From: Octopus vulgaris
Taxonomy: Eukaryota
Reading direction: 5' to 3'
Length of the DNA: 64,000 bases
Assembly (NCBI GenBank): GCA_951406725.2
Contig: OX597820.1
Span: 112,530,001 to 112,594,000 of the forward strand
In this document: positions 24,923 through 39,944 of the stretch, piece by piece
Layout: every line of letters starts with the position of its first letter
Numbering within the stretch: the stretch's first letter is position 1
Notes under the pieces: model-generated
What the model was told of the DNA's origin: nothing
Databases searched by the model: none
The model's input: the letters and a program-made list of their open reading frames with translations, nothing else
Position numbers and translations under genes: made by a program

Positions 24923-27900
24923 CATCATTATTACTATTATTAAGGTAGTGAGCTGGCAGAATCGTTAGCATGCCAGGTGAAATGCTTAGTGGTATTTTGT
25001 CTGTCACTATATTCTGAGTTCAGATTCCTCGAGGTCAACTTTGCTTTTCATCCTTTCAGGGTCAATAAATTAAGTGCCAGTGAAACACTGGGGTTAGAGT
25101 ATTCGACCAGTCCTTTCCCCACAAATTTCAAGCCTTGTGCCTATAGTTCAAAAGATTCTTATTATCATTATATGTAAGGTAGCAAGATGGCAGAATCATT
25201 TGCATGTCAGACAAAATGCTTAGTGCCATTTCTTCTAGCTCCTTACATGATGCAATACATGATTATAATATGTTAATGTAAGCAAATCTTTCAATTTACA
25301 TTATTAATCAACACATACTTATCAACGAGAGAGTCTCTATGTTGTAGTCATCTGTCCTGATAGAAATATTTCAAATTCTACCAGTGTCAACTTTGCCTTT
25401 TATCCTTTCAAGTCAACAAAATAAAGTACCCTTTACATACTGGGATCAATGTAATCCCCTTGCCTCCCCACTTCAAAATTGCTGGCCTTGTGCCAAAATT
25501 AGAAACACTAATTATTCTTATATGCATTTTGTTTTTGTTGCTTTCTTTAACCCTGGGTTAGACTTAACTGAGTAGGCCTATGGCCAAAAGCATTCTTGTC
25601 ATGATCATCCAAACTTTCTATACAATTTAACTCAGACTACAAGAGGTAGACTATTTAGTGGTTAACATTTCAACTGCTAGCAGTGCTAGGGTCAGATCAT
25701 TCCATAGGTGACCTAATATGAAATGCATCCTTCCAGGTATTTTCTAAAAGAATGTATGATTCGAGGGAGATTTGGCAACTATTTCTATCAGGACAGATGA
25801 CTACAACATAGAGACTCTCTCGTTGATAAGTATGTGTTGATTAATAATGTAAATTGAAAGATTTGCTTACATTAACATATTATAATCATGTATTGCACTG
25901 GCTTCTAATGATGACATTGATCAATAGGCTTCTTCCAACAATTACCATCTACCAAACCCTCTCACAAAGATTTGATCAACCAAAAACGTAGCTAAGACAT
26001 TTTTTTTTACAAAGGCTAAACTTACTCTTTAGAGTCAGAAAATATTTCAACTGTGTCAGGATCCAAAGAGATATTTCAAATTATACTCTGCCGCAAAGAA
26101 CATTTGATTGATGAGTAAATCTCCACTCAATAATAATTTACAATCACTAGCTCAGCAAATTTTCTATGTTGTGTCACAGTCTCTTCATCTTTAACTACAA
26201 TAGTTCCTGCTTTTTTCAGTTAGCAAGCAGAGTAAATACCGTATGTTTTCACCTCTTCATCTCCTGTCATCTCCATAGTTTTTCACTAAAGTCCATATTA
26301 AACACTTTGCTCTGAACCTTCCTTTTAAGGGCTGCAATGCTCTGGAACCCTTGCTTTGCTAACATTTTTCCTTACAGACATCAACAAAGAAAAGTTCAAG
26401 TTAAACACCAACTGCATTAACCTTATAAGTCTTCCTTGGTTTAAGTCATCATCATCAAATATACAAGGAGTATAGCTCAGTTGATGATTCTATAGTAATA
26501 TTCAGCATTCAGCACCTTGTAAATTCAGTACGAGAAAAGGCCACGGCATATCAATTCCCATACTTTATGATAATATTCCTTATCAGGTGATCTGACCCAT
26601 ATTTCAACCAATTGTTTTTCTGTAATAATTGTATAGGTGTCATGGTTAATGGAAAATACCATGTAGTTTGCACCAAATCATTTTTGTAAATTAGATGCTT
26701 GGGAAATACAAGGCAAAGGAGCCGGAGGACTCATAAAGCTTTGTTGGTTAGCTGCTAGCTATGATGCTCAAACCTCTTACTAAGCATGAAGACATAGCTT
26801 TTTGCTTCTTGACAAACTACTGGTATTCAACACAGTAGCTTTTTGTAAAGTAACAATTGTAACATTAGTCTGTAAATAAACATGTTAATAAAATATAAAT
26901 ATTTGACTGGTTTTACTTGGGAGCAGCCAAATAATCCAGCTCTGACCTGATCCGTTCTACAGTACCATCCTCCATGAACTAATCTTGTGCCTGAAAATTG
27001 CTGACTTAAGGAGTTACATCAAGTAGTTGTTGATTCATGGAGTGGATGATTTGATGTGACCTGTCTGGAAATGTCAACAAAGAACGTGGGTATTGAGCCA
27101 CCTTCTCTAATTAATTATTAAAATAGAAGCCCTTTCTGTAGAATCCTCTTCGACTAGACTACGAACACATCACACAACTCTCTGTAATTATCTAGGGCAA
27201 ATTGTAGTGGTGAGGCAGATATCACAGCAAACAAAGCTGCTTGACAACTTACTCATTGTCATGTGAGCCAATAAGACACTAAATATGATTAATTAGAGAA
27301 GGCAACACAATCCCCATGTCAATCAGATATCTCTCCTTAAAGTACAGCTAACTCATTAGGAGACATAGTTAATTATACTCTTCATAATATGTAGCAAGGT
27401 GCCTGGGTGTTGAGCAGGAATGGTGGGATGTGTCTAGAGAACAAAATAAACTAACAGATGAATTATTTCAGAGTTGTACTTGCATGGCAAATTACTTCAC
27501 CTGTGAAAATAACCATTTAAGTGATTTAAATCATTTAAAACACAAAGAAATTGTTATATTCATCTTTTATTTATTTTCTGAGGTGATAAAATTTCTGTTG
27601 CATTTTTGCAACCTGGTCACTGACACAATTCCACTTACATCTATCAAGAATTAGTTACATGCAAATTTTTATAAGACTTGAAGGTCATGGAAGAGGAGGA
27701 TTTCTTTATAGTTTGTTGTTGTTGAACTTTGGGGAGTGATGGTGTACTGCATAGTTACTCTTTGAATGTTCGATGTGTTGGTTGATGCTTGTCACTGATA
27801 GATTCCATTCTATTTTCCCTCTTTGTCTGTATTGTCTACAACTTACATATTTCATCTTCAATATACCTCCACTTTTTTCCTTGTGTAGGGATGGTTTTGA

Positions 27901-29008
27901 ACATATGAAGACATCATTTGCTTTGTATATGTATAAAATTATGAGTGGTGTATTTGCTTATAGTACAAGTTCATAAAAATTACATTTTTACTAAAATGAT
28001 GTATTTAAAAAAAAACTGGCACTGTGTCGGTTATGACAAGAGTTCCGGTTGATCTGATCAATGGAACAGCTTGCTCATGAAATTAACATGCAAGAGGCTG
28101 AGGACTCCATAGACATATGTACCCTTAATGTAGTTCTCAGGGAGATTCAGTACGACACAGAATGTGATGGTGACAAGACTGTCCTTTGAAATATGGCTAC
28201 CACTCATTTATGTCAGCTGAGTCAACTTGAGCAATGTGAATTAAAGTGTCTTGCTCAAGAGCACAATGTGTCACCAGGAATCGAACTCACAATCTTATGA
28301 CCACGAGCCAAATACCCCTAATCACTAAGCCACTGTTAAAGTAAATAACAAAACTTACAAGAAGCAAATTGTATCCATGATATTTAAAAAAATCCCCATT
28401 GACAACCTTTTTATGCCTCCCACTGACAATCTCTCTTTTTCACCCATTGAAAATCTTTCCACACTTTCCATTGACAACCTCTCTACACATACCCACATTC
28501 CACTGACTTCTAAACATCCCAAGAAAAGTTTAGTTGTACTGAGCATTGGGTTATGGATAGAGTACAAAACTGTGAATAGAACATACAAATTGTGTATATT
28601 CCATTCAAATATTGCAAGAAATCCTATTGCAGACCAACAGTAATAAGAAAAGACTCTGTTATGTCCAAATCTACCAAACTGATTTAGTATATTCCAACAT
28701 GCATCTTTGAATGTAGGTTCTAGGAATGATTGCACATGGTCCTTCTCGATATCTTATTTAGTATACTATATTTCTTCCATTACATTTGATATGTGAAATT
28801 ATGGCACACATCATACAATCATTTTTTAAAATGTCGGGCTTACAGATGACAACAATACTGGTCGGTAGACTGATGCCTGAGGGTTGCATCAATTGGCTTG
28901 TAGTGGTGGGAGCCTGAACTACAATGGTCTTGTCCCACATAGAACATTTGCGGTTACTATAGGTACCCCCTCGTATATATATATATACATATATATACAT
29001 ATATATAT

Positions 29009-29070
<62 letters not shown>

Positions 29071-29077
29071 GTATATA

Positions 29078-29163
<86 letters not shown>

Positions 29164-29444
29164 TACATATTGTTGTTGTCATCATCATCATCATCCCCAT
29201 TATTTTTTTTAAACATTTGCTTTTAGTCCATGCTGACATGGGTTTTGACAAGACAGTATTCCATAGCCAGATGCCCTTCTTCACACATATACTTAATTGT
29301 TTTGCATGTAATATACTTTATTTTATGACTTTGAATGTTGAACCACTGTTGAATGAGTGTCAGTACAAAGACACATAGAAATAAGTACACACACTCACAG
29401 GTACACATAATGTCTGTATGTATGTGTATATATATGTGTGTATG

Positions 29445-29490
<46 letters not shown>

Positions 29491-29614
29491 ACGGGAAGCT
29501 TTATGAAAATAAACAAAAGACGAAGGCAGGTGGAAAACAAACGAACAATTGTATATATATATATATATATATACACATATATATACATACAAGCACATAT
29601 ATACATTTATACAT

Positions 29615-30060
29615 ATATAGTGCAGCCCTGGGTCAAGAGGGTTGCTGCTGGAAGACCTTATGTCTGGCAACAGGACTCTGCACTATGCCACGCAAGCAAG
29701 AGGACCCAGTAATGAGTGTCAGACAATTTCTGCGACCACATCACCCCTAACACCTGGCCACCTAACTCCTGAAACTGCATTGATTATTATGTGTGGTGTG
29801 CAGTTAAGAAAGAGACCCAAAAAAACTCATTGTAACATCGAAGATGAACTGAAGGTAAGGATTATAGCAGCATTCACCAACTTAACAAGGAAACTGTCCA
29901 GAAGAGCTGTAGGAGATGCCAAAGTCGTCGTCTAGAGGCCATGATTGAAGCCAATGGTGATTTTATTGAATAAATTTATTGTTTAGTATTTCAAGATAAT
30001 TTTATGTAATTTTGGTAAATTTATCTGTTAAAATGAAATATCAGTGTTATTTTCATTTTT
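29615..30060 (+). mobile_element. Tc1-like transposase 3' fragment
   Basis: RPYVWQQDSALCHASKRTQ, WPPNS.. and IEANGDFIE* motifs. Confidence 0.75.
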
Positions 30061-30082
30061 GTATAATTTAGATGAAAGTTTA

Positions 30083-30129
<47 letters not shown>

Positions 30130-30131
30130 AT

Positions 30132-30292
30132 TATTTATATTAAGGGCATTACTATACATAAATACCTCATGCTAGGAGGGACTCTTAAAGTCAAAACTAC
30201 CATATTTTATTATGTTTATTATGGTAGTTTTGATTTTAAGGATGCCTCCTAGCATGATGCATTTATATATATAATGACCTTAATATAAATAT
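30132..30292. repeat. diverged hairpin element (~70 bp arms)
   Basis: tcatgctaggagg..aaaactaccata / tatggtagtttt..cctcctagcatga. Confidence 0.8.
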
Positions 30293-30855
30293 ATTTAAAG
30301 GGAATAATTTATAAATTTTTCCCTTATGAGGTTTGTTTACACTAACTACTTGATAAATTCTTATAAAGATTTTATCCTATTTTTAAATTGTGTATATATA
30401 TATATAAAATATTAGAAAAAAACCCCACCTTTTATCAATTCAAAATGAACAATTAAATTACACCATCTTTTTTTTTTTTAATATATTATATTATTTATTG
30501 ATATATAGGTGGATTATGTATTTGTAATACTAAATTGAAGTTAATTAGGTATTATATTTTTTGATATTTAGTCAATTTTGTTATAGATTGTTATATTAAA
30601 TCTATAGATACTACACATGTATATTTATTATATGGTTAGCTTATGTAAGGAGTTTGCCTATATTTGAAACATTTCTTATTTTGATTACAATTTAATGACT
30701 TGTAATAGCTTTGTGTATTTTATTTAATTTTAAAGTATTTAATTATTGAAGTATTATTTTATTTTTCACTTATGTATATTTAGAATTTTCATATATATAT
30801 ATATATATTAAAGTATATTTATTAATTAACTATTTTATTGTTCTATTTTATTTTT

Positions 30856-30942
30856 AACCTGATGAGTGACTATATTTATATGCTAGTGATTTCTCTACTA
30901 CTGTAATCATTTCTTAAATAGAGCAGCGAAACACGTGTCGTT
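30856..30942 (+). ncRNA. type I hammerhead motif with extended stem II, in TA-flanked element 30405-31200
   Basis: aac CTGATGA g..ctatattta..taaatag..c GAAA cacgtg TC gtt. The element has 30406-30467 inverted at about 31043-31107. Confidence 0.72.
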
Positions 30943-31198
30943 TTTCTACCTATTATATACATTATATTATTTTTGTAATTTACTTAATCTTAACTTTTTA
31001 ATTGTTATTTTAATTTTAACTTTTCTATTATATGTAATTTTCTAGATGGTGTAATTTAATTATTCATTTTGAATTGATAAAAGGTGTTTTTTTTCTAATA
31101 TTTTATATATATATTATATTGTGTGGAATTTGATTTAGTATTTCTAAACTGAATTCTTTTTCCTTGTAAGTTTGGATTTTATTCCCTCAAATAATAAT

Positions 31199-31233
<35 letters not shown>

Positions 31234-31364
31234 CAATAAGGATATGAAATCTTCTGAAAGGGATGCTACCATCCAAGTTCCCTGATTATATCCAGTTATC
31301 CATTGCTTCAATGAAAAACCGAAGATGTTAGTTTCACATAGATGGATATGTGTATATAAATATT

Positions 31365-34300
31365 CGTGTATGAGAAAAAGAAATGGAAAAATTAATACAT
31401 AGACATCAATTTATTTGAACAAATTCCATTCTGTATAATATCAAATTCTTTACACTTACAACCGTTTCCATACCCAATTAATTCGATTTGAGGAATAAAT
31501 TAAATTAAGTTAATTTAAATTTTCATATCAAATATTGTAAATTGGGTTTTTCATCAGGGGAGAGAATTTATTAGAAAGGAGCTACATACAACATGTTGGA
31601 TGACCTTTGATGAACTCAGATATGTATGTTTTAGCAACAGGTGTATTTAAAAAGACCATTACTCTTCTTAGGTATTTGAGCATGTGTGTGGTAAAGTGTT
31701 GAAAACCATGAGATGATGATGAATTAAAACTGTTTACTAATTACTATAGTTGAATCAAAATCAAAATCAATTCGATGATTGGCATCTGTGCTAGCGGGGT
31801 GCAAAGAGCACCATATGAGTGTGATCATTGACAGAGCGGCTATTTGAGTATGATCGTTACCAGCGTCGCCTTACTGGCACTTATGCCTGTGCCAGTAGGG
31901 TGCCAAGAGCACCATCCGAGCGTGATCGTTACCAGAGCAGCCAACTGGCTTCTGTACCTGTGGCACTTAAAAGGGCACCATTCGAGCGTGATCGTTACCA
32001 ATGTCGCTTCACTGGCACGTGTAAAAAGATTCAAGCAAGGTCGTTGCCAGTGCCGCCTGACTGGTCCCCATGCCGGTGGCATGTAAAAAGCACTCACTAC
32101 ATTCTTGGAGTGGTTGGTGTTAGGAAGGGCATCAAGCTGTAGAAACTCTGCCAGATTAAGATTGGAGCCTGGTGCAGCCATCTGGTTCACCAGCCCTCAG
32201 TCAAAATCGTCCAACCCATGCTAGCATGGAAAGCGGACGTTAAACGATGATGATGATGATGATGGTGATGATGATAATGATGAACATTATGTCATTGATA
32301 TTAATGCACAATAGTGAGAAAAGAAATGAATGATCTAGTCAAGGAAAGCATAAATATAAACAAATCAAATTAAGAAATTAATAAAGTTAAAACCAATTTT
32401 AAATTATCACATTGCATCTCTAACTTAAATTAATTAACTATTCATAAGCTATTAATCATATATTCTCGAGATATGTGCCTTAATTAAAGTTTCAGTAAAC
32501 TGTATATAATATATACTACTGTTACCTGCACATAAATCCTTATATTCATATCAATCATTTAATTTATACAGTAATATTAAAATGATATCCAGTAAAAATT
32601 ATTTACTCATTTTAGTTATAGATGTAAGCATATTAATCATGAGATACTGCCTGATTCAAGGTTCCTGTAACCTTACAATTATATCTAATTTATTCTTTAA
32701 ATTACATCTGATGGTAGTTTCTGAGAACATATTTATAGGCGTGAACATATGAAAAACTAGTCTCCCTCCTTGCATTCAGGAGTTGACACCTTGAATACAA
32801 GATTTCAAAAAGTTCCTCCATACAGAGTAAACAAAAGATATTTCCAACTTTATAGGTACTAGCCTTGCTTACAACCTTCCACTCCACAGCAAAACTGTGT
32901 TTTTGAATTCTCAAAATTCCTGTTTTTGAATTCTCAAATAAATTTACTGAAGCTGATACAAGATGACTTCTTTCTATTATTAAAGGTATAAATGTGATTA
33001 GTGATGCGCTTTTTGATATAATTTTCTGTTGCTCCAATGTAAAAGAAACTCTTACATTCAGACATCACTCTACATTCCTTTGTTTACAATAGTTTTTAAA
33101 TAAACAGTTACTTTTAACCTTGCAATTACAATGCATATTATCACTACTATTCATATTATTATTTTGATTTATATCTTTACATTCTGTGTAATGGTTATTT
33201 ACTGTGTTACCTATACTCTACAGGTTGAGATGGGATTTTATGTGGGTTGCTTCCCTTTGTACATTAGAGAAACTATGAATCCATTTATTACTAATATTTT
33301 CCCCTAGAGAATCATAATTGTTGCATTTCATTAGGTGATTATTGTTATGAAAATTTTTCATTCATTAAGTTAAGAAATAATCTGGGACAAGTTATTAGAA
33401 ACCGAATATGCAACTCTGAGAAATCTGGGGTTAATTATATCATAATATCTATTTTCTTTGGAAAAATGTTTATAAAAAAAATTTGTACAAAGATCCAACA
33501 AACTAAATTATTCTTAATTTGCTGGGTGAATGGAATGATCATCTAAATAATGTTCTTATCAAGTGATACATTATAATTTTCAAATTTTCGAACCTTATTA
33601 TACATATAAGGGGTTTGTCCTTTTCTTCTACTACTGCAAGTCCTAACTTTATAAGGACTATCTAATAAACGAGGCAATAGATTGGTTTTCATATTCTGTA
33701 TATCATCGTTATCTATTATTTCTACCCTTATTTCTATTTCTATCGTGTCCTTTAAAATTATTGCTATTGTGAGTAACATCCATGCCATCAGAGCAACCAT
33801 GGTCCATATTTTGCTCACAATACTTTAATTTCTACCTATACCCAGCTTTGCTGAGTGCTATATTATGATAGTCAACATTTCTGTTAGAAGTATCCTTTTT
33901 AGATGATAAATTAGAAATCCTTCTAGAAATATTGTAAGCTAAAAAGTTTATTTAGAGAATCAGGATGATTACCTCCCATATTTATATATTCAAGATTGGA
34001 GTTAGGCTTATGGTATGGTTCATAGTTACCAGTATTGAGATTTATGTTAACATATAGGAAGTTAACTGACTTGTGTTCATTTTCAATTGTTATGAAGAGT
34101 CCAAAATTTTGTAAAAACCTGTAAAATTTCTTCTTACATATTTCTAATTTTCTACCAGATAGGCTTCTGATTGCAAAAAGGGCATCATTCCTATAAAGAC
34201 CTCTTGCAAGTTCAAAAAATCCCTTCCTAAGATAAAAAGAATATAAATACCTACTAAATCTATAATTTGGGCAGAATCCGTATAAGCCATAGCAATATCA

Positions 34301-35005
34301 AAACCATTACAACTATCTTTCTTAACCCAATTCTGGTTTTCAAACTTTATAACCGTTCTTCTGGCAGCTAAAATGACATTAATTTCCTCCATATTTAGAT
34401 TTGAGTTTCTTTTCAGGAAGAAAAGGGCCTTGTTTAAAACTACTTGGTTAATTGTAGAGTAATAACTGTCAATATCTATTTGTACAAATTTATTTCTACT
34501 TTTGTATTTAATGCTGTTAAACCAATTTATTACCTCATAGCTATTAGACCAAATTTGCAATCTTATCTTTTCCTTAAGGACTGGTATGTACTTATCCAAA
34601 ATAGCCTTACTTAGTTTACCCAAGTCAGATTTCCCTGGGCAAATCAATCTAAACTTAGGGTTTCCATAAAAGTTGTTTTTGTGATCCTTTAAAATAAATC
34701 TAGGTCTCTTAGGAACAAAAGGTTCAGTTCTATCACCGAATTTGTAATTCTTCATGATCTGTTTAAAAATTAAGTTGGTAGTTTTTAATGTACTCTTTTT
34801 AGATATTGATGAAATACCCAAATTTATTATATCTGATATCAAAATTTAAATTAATTTAATTTAATTTAATTCCGCAAATTGAATTAATTGGGTATGGAAA
34901 CAGCCCTAGGTGTAAAAAATTTGATGTTACACTGAATGGAATTTGTTCAAATAAATTGATGTCTATATATTAGTTTCTCCATTATCTTTTTCTCATACAA
35001 GAATA
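31365..35005 (-). mobile_element. decayed, 5'-truncated Penelope-like retroelement (RT + GIY-YIG) with inverted terminal-repeat copy; interrupted by a SINE-like insertion at ~31755-32280
   Basis: RT motifs FVQIDIDSYYSTI, FDIAMAYTDSAQIIDLVG and frameshifted GLYRND (about 33870-34800). Linker CNCKVKSNCLFKNYC, FYIGATEN and C-terminal CLLCMEE..LLNARRE (32700-33135). About 31370-31555 is repeated inverted at about 34808-35000. Confidence 0.9.
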
Positions 35006-35358
35006 TATATACATATACATATACATACATACATACATATGCTACATTCATACATACATATACATATATATGACCTTGCTTTAACATGAGTAGTACTAAC
35101 ATCGTATTGCTATTATAAATCTACATATCAGTTGGCTTTGCTTGACTTTCATTTTTATGTAGCAATATTCAATTATATAACTGCATGTTATATATAAACA
35201 AAGAATATACTTCTTTTATTTGGTCTGCAACAAAAGGGTGTCACTAATGTGAATGACATGGGCTCAATTTTTGATGACACAAACATATATAGAATAACTG
35301 TATTTATGATAATATTGAGTTTACTAATGAAAACTAACTGTATTAAAAATGTATTGTG

Positions 35359-35404
<46 letters not shown>

Positions 35405-36028
35405 TTTTATTGTTTCAATAATTTGACTGCAACTATGCTGGGGCACCACCTTGAAGGGTTTTAGTCAGACAAATTGACCCTGGGATTTATTTTTTAAGCC
35501 TAATACATATTCTATTGGTTCCTTTCTTTCTGAACCGCTAAATCTTATAATTTCTGAGACTTGTGGGGGAAAGGGTAAAAGTTATCCTCAGACTAGAGAC
35601 CTAAAGTGAATGCTAGTAGCAGAGTGAGCTCTGCTAGAGTCACCCAAAGACCAAATGGCAGTGGTAAACTAGATGATACACTAAGTTTATCACTAAAGAT
35701 GCCCAAGAACCAGGTAGTAGCATTGAACCAGGTTCTATCTACCACTAAAGATACTCAAGGACTGGCAGGTGATGTTAAACTAGAATGGGTATTAAATCTA
35801 CCACCCAAAAACTCAGAATCCAAGAGTCATAACAAATACCATAATACAAAACATGCAAAGCTTTAATAATTCAACATATCCTCTACTCTTACTGTACTTT
35901 ATTTTATCAACCACAAAAGTGAAGCAAAATTGACCTCAAGTGAGATCTGAACTCGGAGCACAGAGAGCCAAGCAACTACCGCATGCACATTGTCCCATGT
36001 TATCTTACCTCTGCCAATTTGCCACTAA

Positions 36029-36326
36029 AGATAATAGTACTATAGAACTAGTGACAGTGGTACCTTACAGCTAGAGATAATGGTACCATGCAATTAGGGA
36101 CAATGGTACCATAGGCTAGGATAAACATGGGATAATGGTACCACACAACTGGAATAATGGTACCATACTATTAGGAATAAAGATATTCAATAAAGAATGA
36201 TTGTAGCATACAACTGAAGATAATGGTGCCATACAACTAGAGATAATGGTACCAAACAACTAGGGATGATGGTACCATATGACTAGGTGTATTGGTACCT
36301 TGCAACTAGAAATGATGGTATCATGC
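36029..36326 (+). repeat. ~22-bp minisatellite, about a dozen diverged units
   Basis: Unit approximately gataatggtaccatacaactag. Confidence 0.85.
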
Positions 36327-36428
36327 ATAGAAACTGTTGTCTAGTATTTTCTTATCAGTATAGTATCAAAAGACAAACTTATTGCTGACAACAACATCTA
36401 TTAATTCCCATCTAAGCCTACTTTCAAC

Positions 36429-37760
36429 TATGAGGGTGGGCTAAAAGGTTCATAGGCTGACTAAGAAGGAGTTATCATACAGTTTTTAAATTTGGCATGC
36501 ATTAAATTCAACCTTTACTGATGCTAACTGCATATTTTCTTTCCAGGTAAACTCACATTGGATACAGATCCGAAGACTTGGAAAAGTGGTACTAGAGACA
36601 TTTTGTGAAAATGGATAAAATCTGGCACTGTGGTGTTATCAAATATCTTCAGAAAAAGGGGTTAGACCCCAAGGTCATTCAAGCTGACATGGTTGCTACA
36701 TTAGGGGATGATGCTACAGCTTAATCAATAGTGTAAAAGTAGGCAGCTGAATTCAAGAGAGGTAGGGAGAGTCTTGAAGATGACCCAAAGTCCAGGCATC
36801 CTACCACAACTACCACCCAAGAAAGAATTGACTATGTTTACTACATGATGATGAATGACAGATATTTAAATGTTAATCAGATAGCTAAAGCTGTAGGCAT
36901 CTCCAGTGAACGAATTGAGAACATTCTGCATAACAAACTTGGCATGTCAAAGAATTCTCCTTGGTGGGTGTAACAACTTTTGATACCTGATCAAAAGCAC
37001 ACCAGACTGTTCATATTGCAGGCAAACTTGGCACTTTTTGAAGCAAATCCAACCAGTTTTATTGAACGCATCCTCATCCAAATTGAATGTTGGGTTCACC
37101 ACTTTGAGCCAGAGGTCAAACAGTAGTCTATGCAATGGAAACACCTGTCTTTTTCCCCACCCAAGAAGGCCAAGATGGTGTCATCAGCAGGGAAGATGAT
37201 GGCCTCCATCTTCTGAGATGCAAAGAGCATTGTGTTCATTGACTACCTTCAGAGAGGCCATACTATTAGTGGAGAATACTATGCCAACTTGCTAAGGTAG
37301 CTGCAAAAGGCAATCAAGTCAAAACAGCCTGGAAAACTGAAGGGGGTCCTGAAGGGGGTCCTGCTTCACCAGGACAATGCTCCTGCACATAAGTATGTGA
37401 CTGCAATGGCTGCTGTGTGTGACTGTGGCTTTGAACTGGTTGATCCCACATGAACTGGTTGCAATGGCTGTTGTGTATATTCTCCTGATTAGGCACCATC
37501 TGACTATTTTTTTTGTTTTCCAGCATGAAAAAACACTTGACTGGGAAGCAGTATTGGACCGATGATGGGGGTGATATCTGCTATTGACTTTTTTGAGGGT
37601 CAGGATGAGAGCTTCTATATCACAGGAATCCAAGTGCTGCAGCACCGATGGAAGAAGTGTATGGACTGCAGAGGAGACTATGTTGAAAAATAAAACACAT
37701 TTGGTCAAGTTCAACCATTGCATTACGGTCAGCCTATGAACATTTCAGCCTAAGCTCATG
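36429..37760 (+). mobile_element. full-length degenerate mariner transposon
   Basis: TIRs tatgagggtgggctaaaaggttcataggctgac / gtcagcctatgaacatttcagcctaagctcat. The transposase remnant runs from MDKIWHCGVIKYL through LLHQDNAPAHK to GDYVEK*, with stops and frameshifts. Confidence 0.88.
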
Positions 37761-38929
37761 TGTTGGATCATGGGGTAAAGACAGATATTTTGGTTTTATT
37801 TTGATTTTGTTCTTATGCCAGAGTATGAAGAAGCAATAATACAATGAAGGTATTGATTGACTTATTCAAAGACAAATGGAATAACTTTGTTTGGTAGACA
37901 AGGTAGTGGCAATTTCTCATATTTATCATTTCTATAAGTAATAATCGATTTTCAAATAAAAAATTTTAAGCATTTAAGAACAAATAGTAACTGTTACATG
38001 CACTTTTAATTTATTACTTACTATTTACTTCCCCTCTCTGTATTGTATATACACACATATGAAATACATACACACATACATACATGTATGTATGTATGTA
38101 TGTATGTATGTATGCATGTATGTATGTATGTATGTATGTATGTATGTATGTATGTATGTATGTATGTATGTATGTATGTATGTATGTATGTATGTGTGTA
38201 TGTATGTATGTATGTATGTATGTTTGTATGAATGAATGAATGATATATTTTATTTTAGTCAAATTAGTCTCTTATTACTCTCAGTTCACCTGTGGTAGGT
38301 GGACATGGTCTTCAGGCAAATTGTGACTGGAAATTGATGGGGTTTGCATATTCATAACAGTTTTCCTGTTATAGGGTGTGGCGACAAGGATAAAATATGA
38401 GAAATTTACCTGAATATCCTATGCTCCTACAGGTGTAACTCAGAGTAGTAAGATATGGACTCAACCAAAATCTCCTAGTATAATAAAGAGTGTAGTTTTT
38501 TTATATATTTGTATATATATATATTTGACCAGAATCACACTGGATGTGAAGGAGAAGATATAATAGTAATTCAGTGATGGAAAAGTAGTGAGAGTAATAG
38601 CCCTTACTGAGAGGGAGTGAGAGAAAGTAATAGCAATGAGAGAAAGGAAGGGGTATAGATGAATAAGGAAGGAAGGGGTGAAAAAAAAATCAGTGTTTCA
38701 ACTCCGTGTGAGTATATGTGTGTATGTGTGTGTGTGTAGAAGGGAAGTATGTGAATGTTTGTGTGTGTGATTATTATGTACCTTAAAAATACTGCAATTA
38801 ACCATCATTACTGATGGCACGTGGTCAGCTAGTAAATTATATTGATACTGAGAATTCTTTTCTCTGATATATTTTAGATATATTTCTCAGTGTGTGTATG
38901 TGTAAATATATGTGCATGTGTATGTATAT

Positions 38930-38970
<41 letters not shown>

Positions 38971-39944
38971 CATACACACACACATATATATATATGCCTA
39001 AGTGTGTATTATGGGAACTGATTCAAAATGCATAGAGTCGCTGTTTATTATAAATATATCTTCATCACCATCATTTTAACATTCTTTTCCATGTTTGCAT
39101 GGGGCAGATTTTCTACAGCTGGATGCCTTTCCTGCCACCAACATTCACCTGTTTACAAACAAAGGAAATATTTCCTCATGGCCAGACATGCTTTTGCAGA
39201 ATATTGGAAATGAATGCTGTTGCTCATTTATTATCTTTTTTATTATCATTTTTTATCTTTTACCCATTTCAGTCATTAGACTGTGGCCATGCTGAGGCAC
39301 CACCTTGAAGAATTTCTGGTCATATGAATTGATCCCAGTTCATAGCTGAATGTAGTTATTTAGTGAAAGAAACTAACATAGGTACTCTTTCATGTAGACA
39401 TAAACCAGAAATTTGGGTTGTGGAGAACAGTCAAATTATATCAACCCCAGTACATGAATGGTATTTTATTCTATCACAACAAAAATTACCTCAACAGAAT
39501 TTGAACTCAGAATGGCTAGATACTGTATGGCATCTTTATGATGTTCAAATGATTCAGCTGATTGTTGGTGTCTACCTCTTCCTCATCCTCAATATCATAT
39601 CACTTTTTTGTCATCATCATACTACAAAGAGCACCATGACTGTCATCACCACTACAAGTATAATCACCATAACTGGAAACGGTTCCAAGCAGGAATTGAA
39701 CATGAAACACATATTCGACACTGCAAAACTTTCCTACCACTCTACTGATGGTGATGATAGTGATAACTATGATAACAACAACAATAACAACAACAGCAAT
39801 GTTTCAACATCCACTGTTTGATGCTGGTATGGGTTGGACAAATCTGTTGTAGAGCATGACACCATTGAGTCAGTTGTCATCTCATTTGTGGGACAATGAC
39901 TGAATGAATGAGTTAAGGGGACAAATATATGTTCGGTTACTTAC

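Noticed and set aside
36029-36326. CRISPR-like array
   Set aside because: Contiguous degenerate minisatellite with no unique spacers, in a eukaryotic context with no cas genes.
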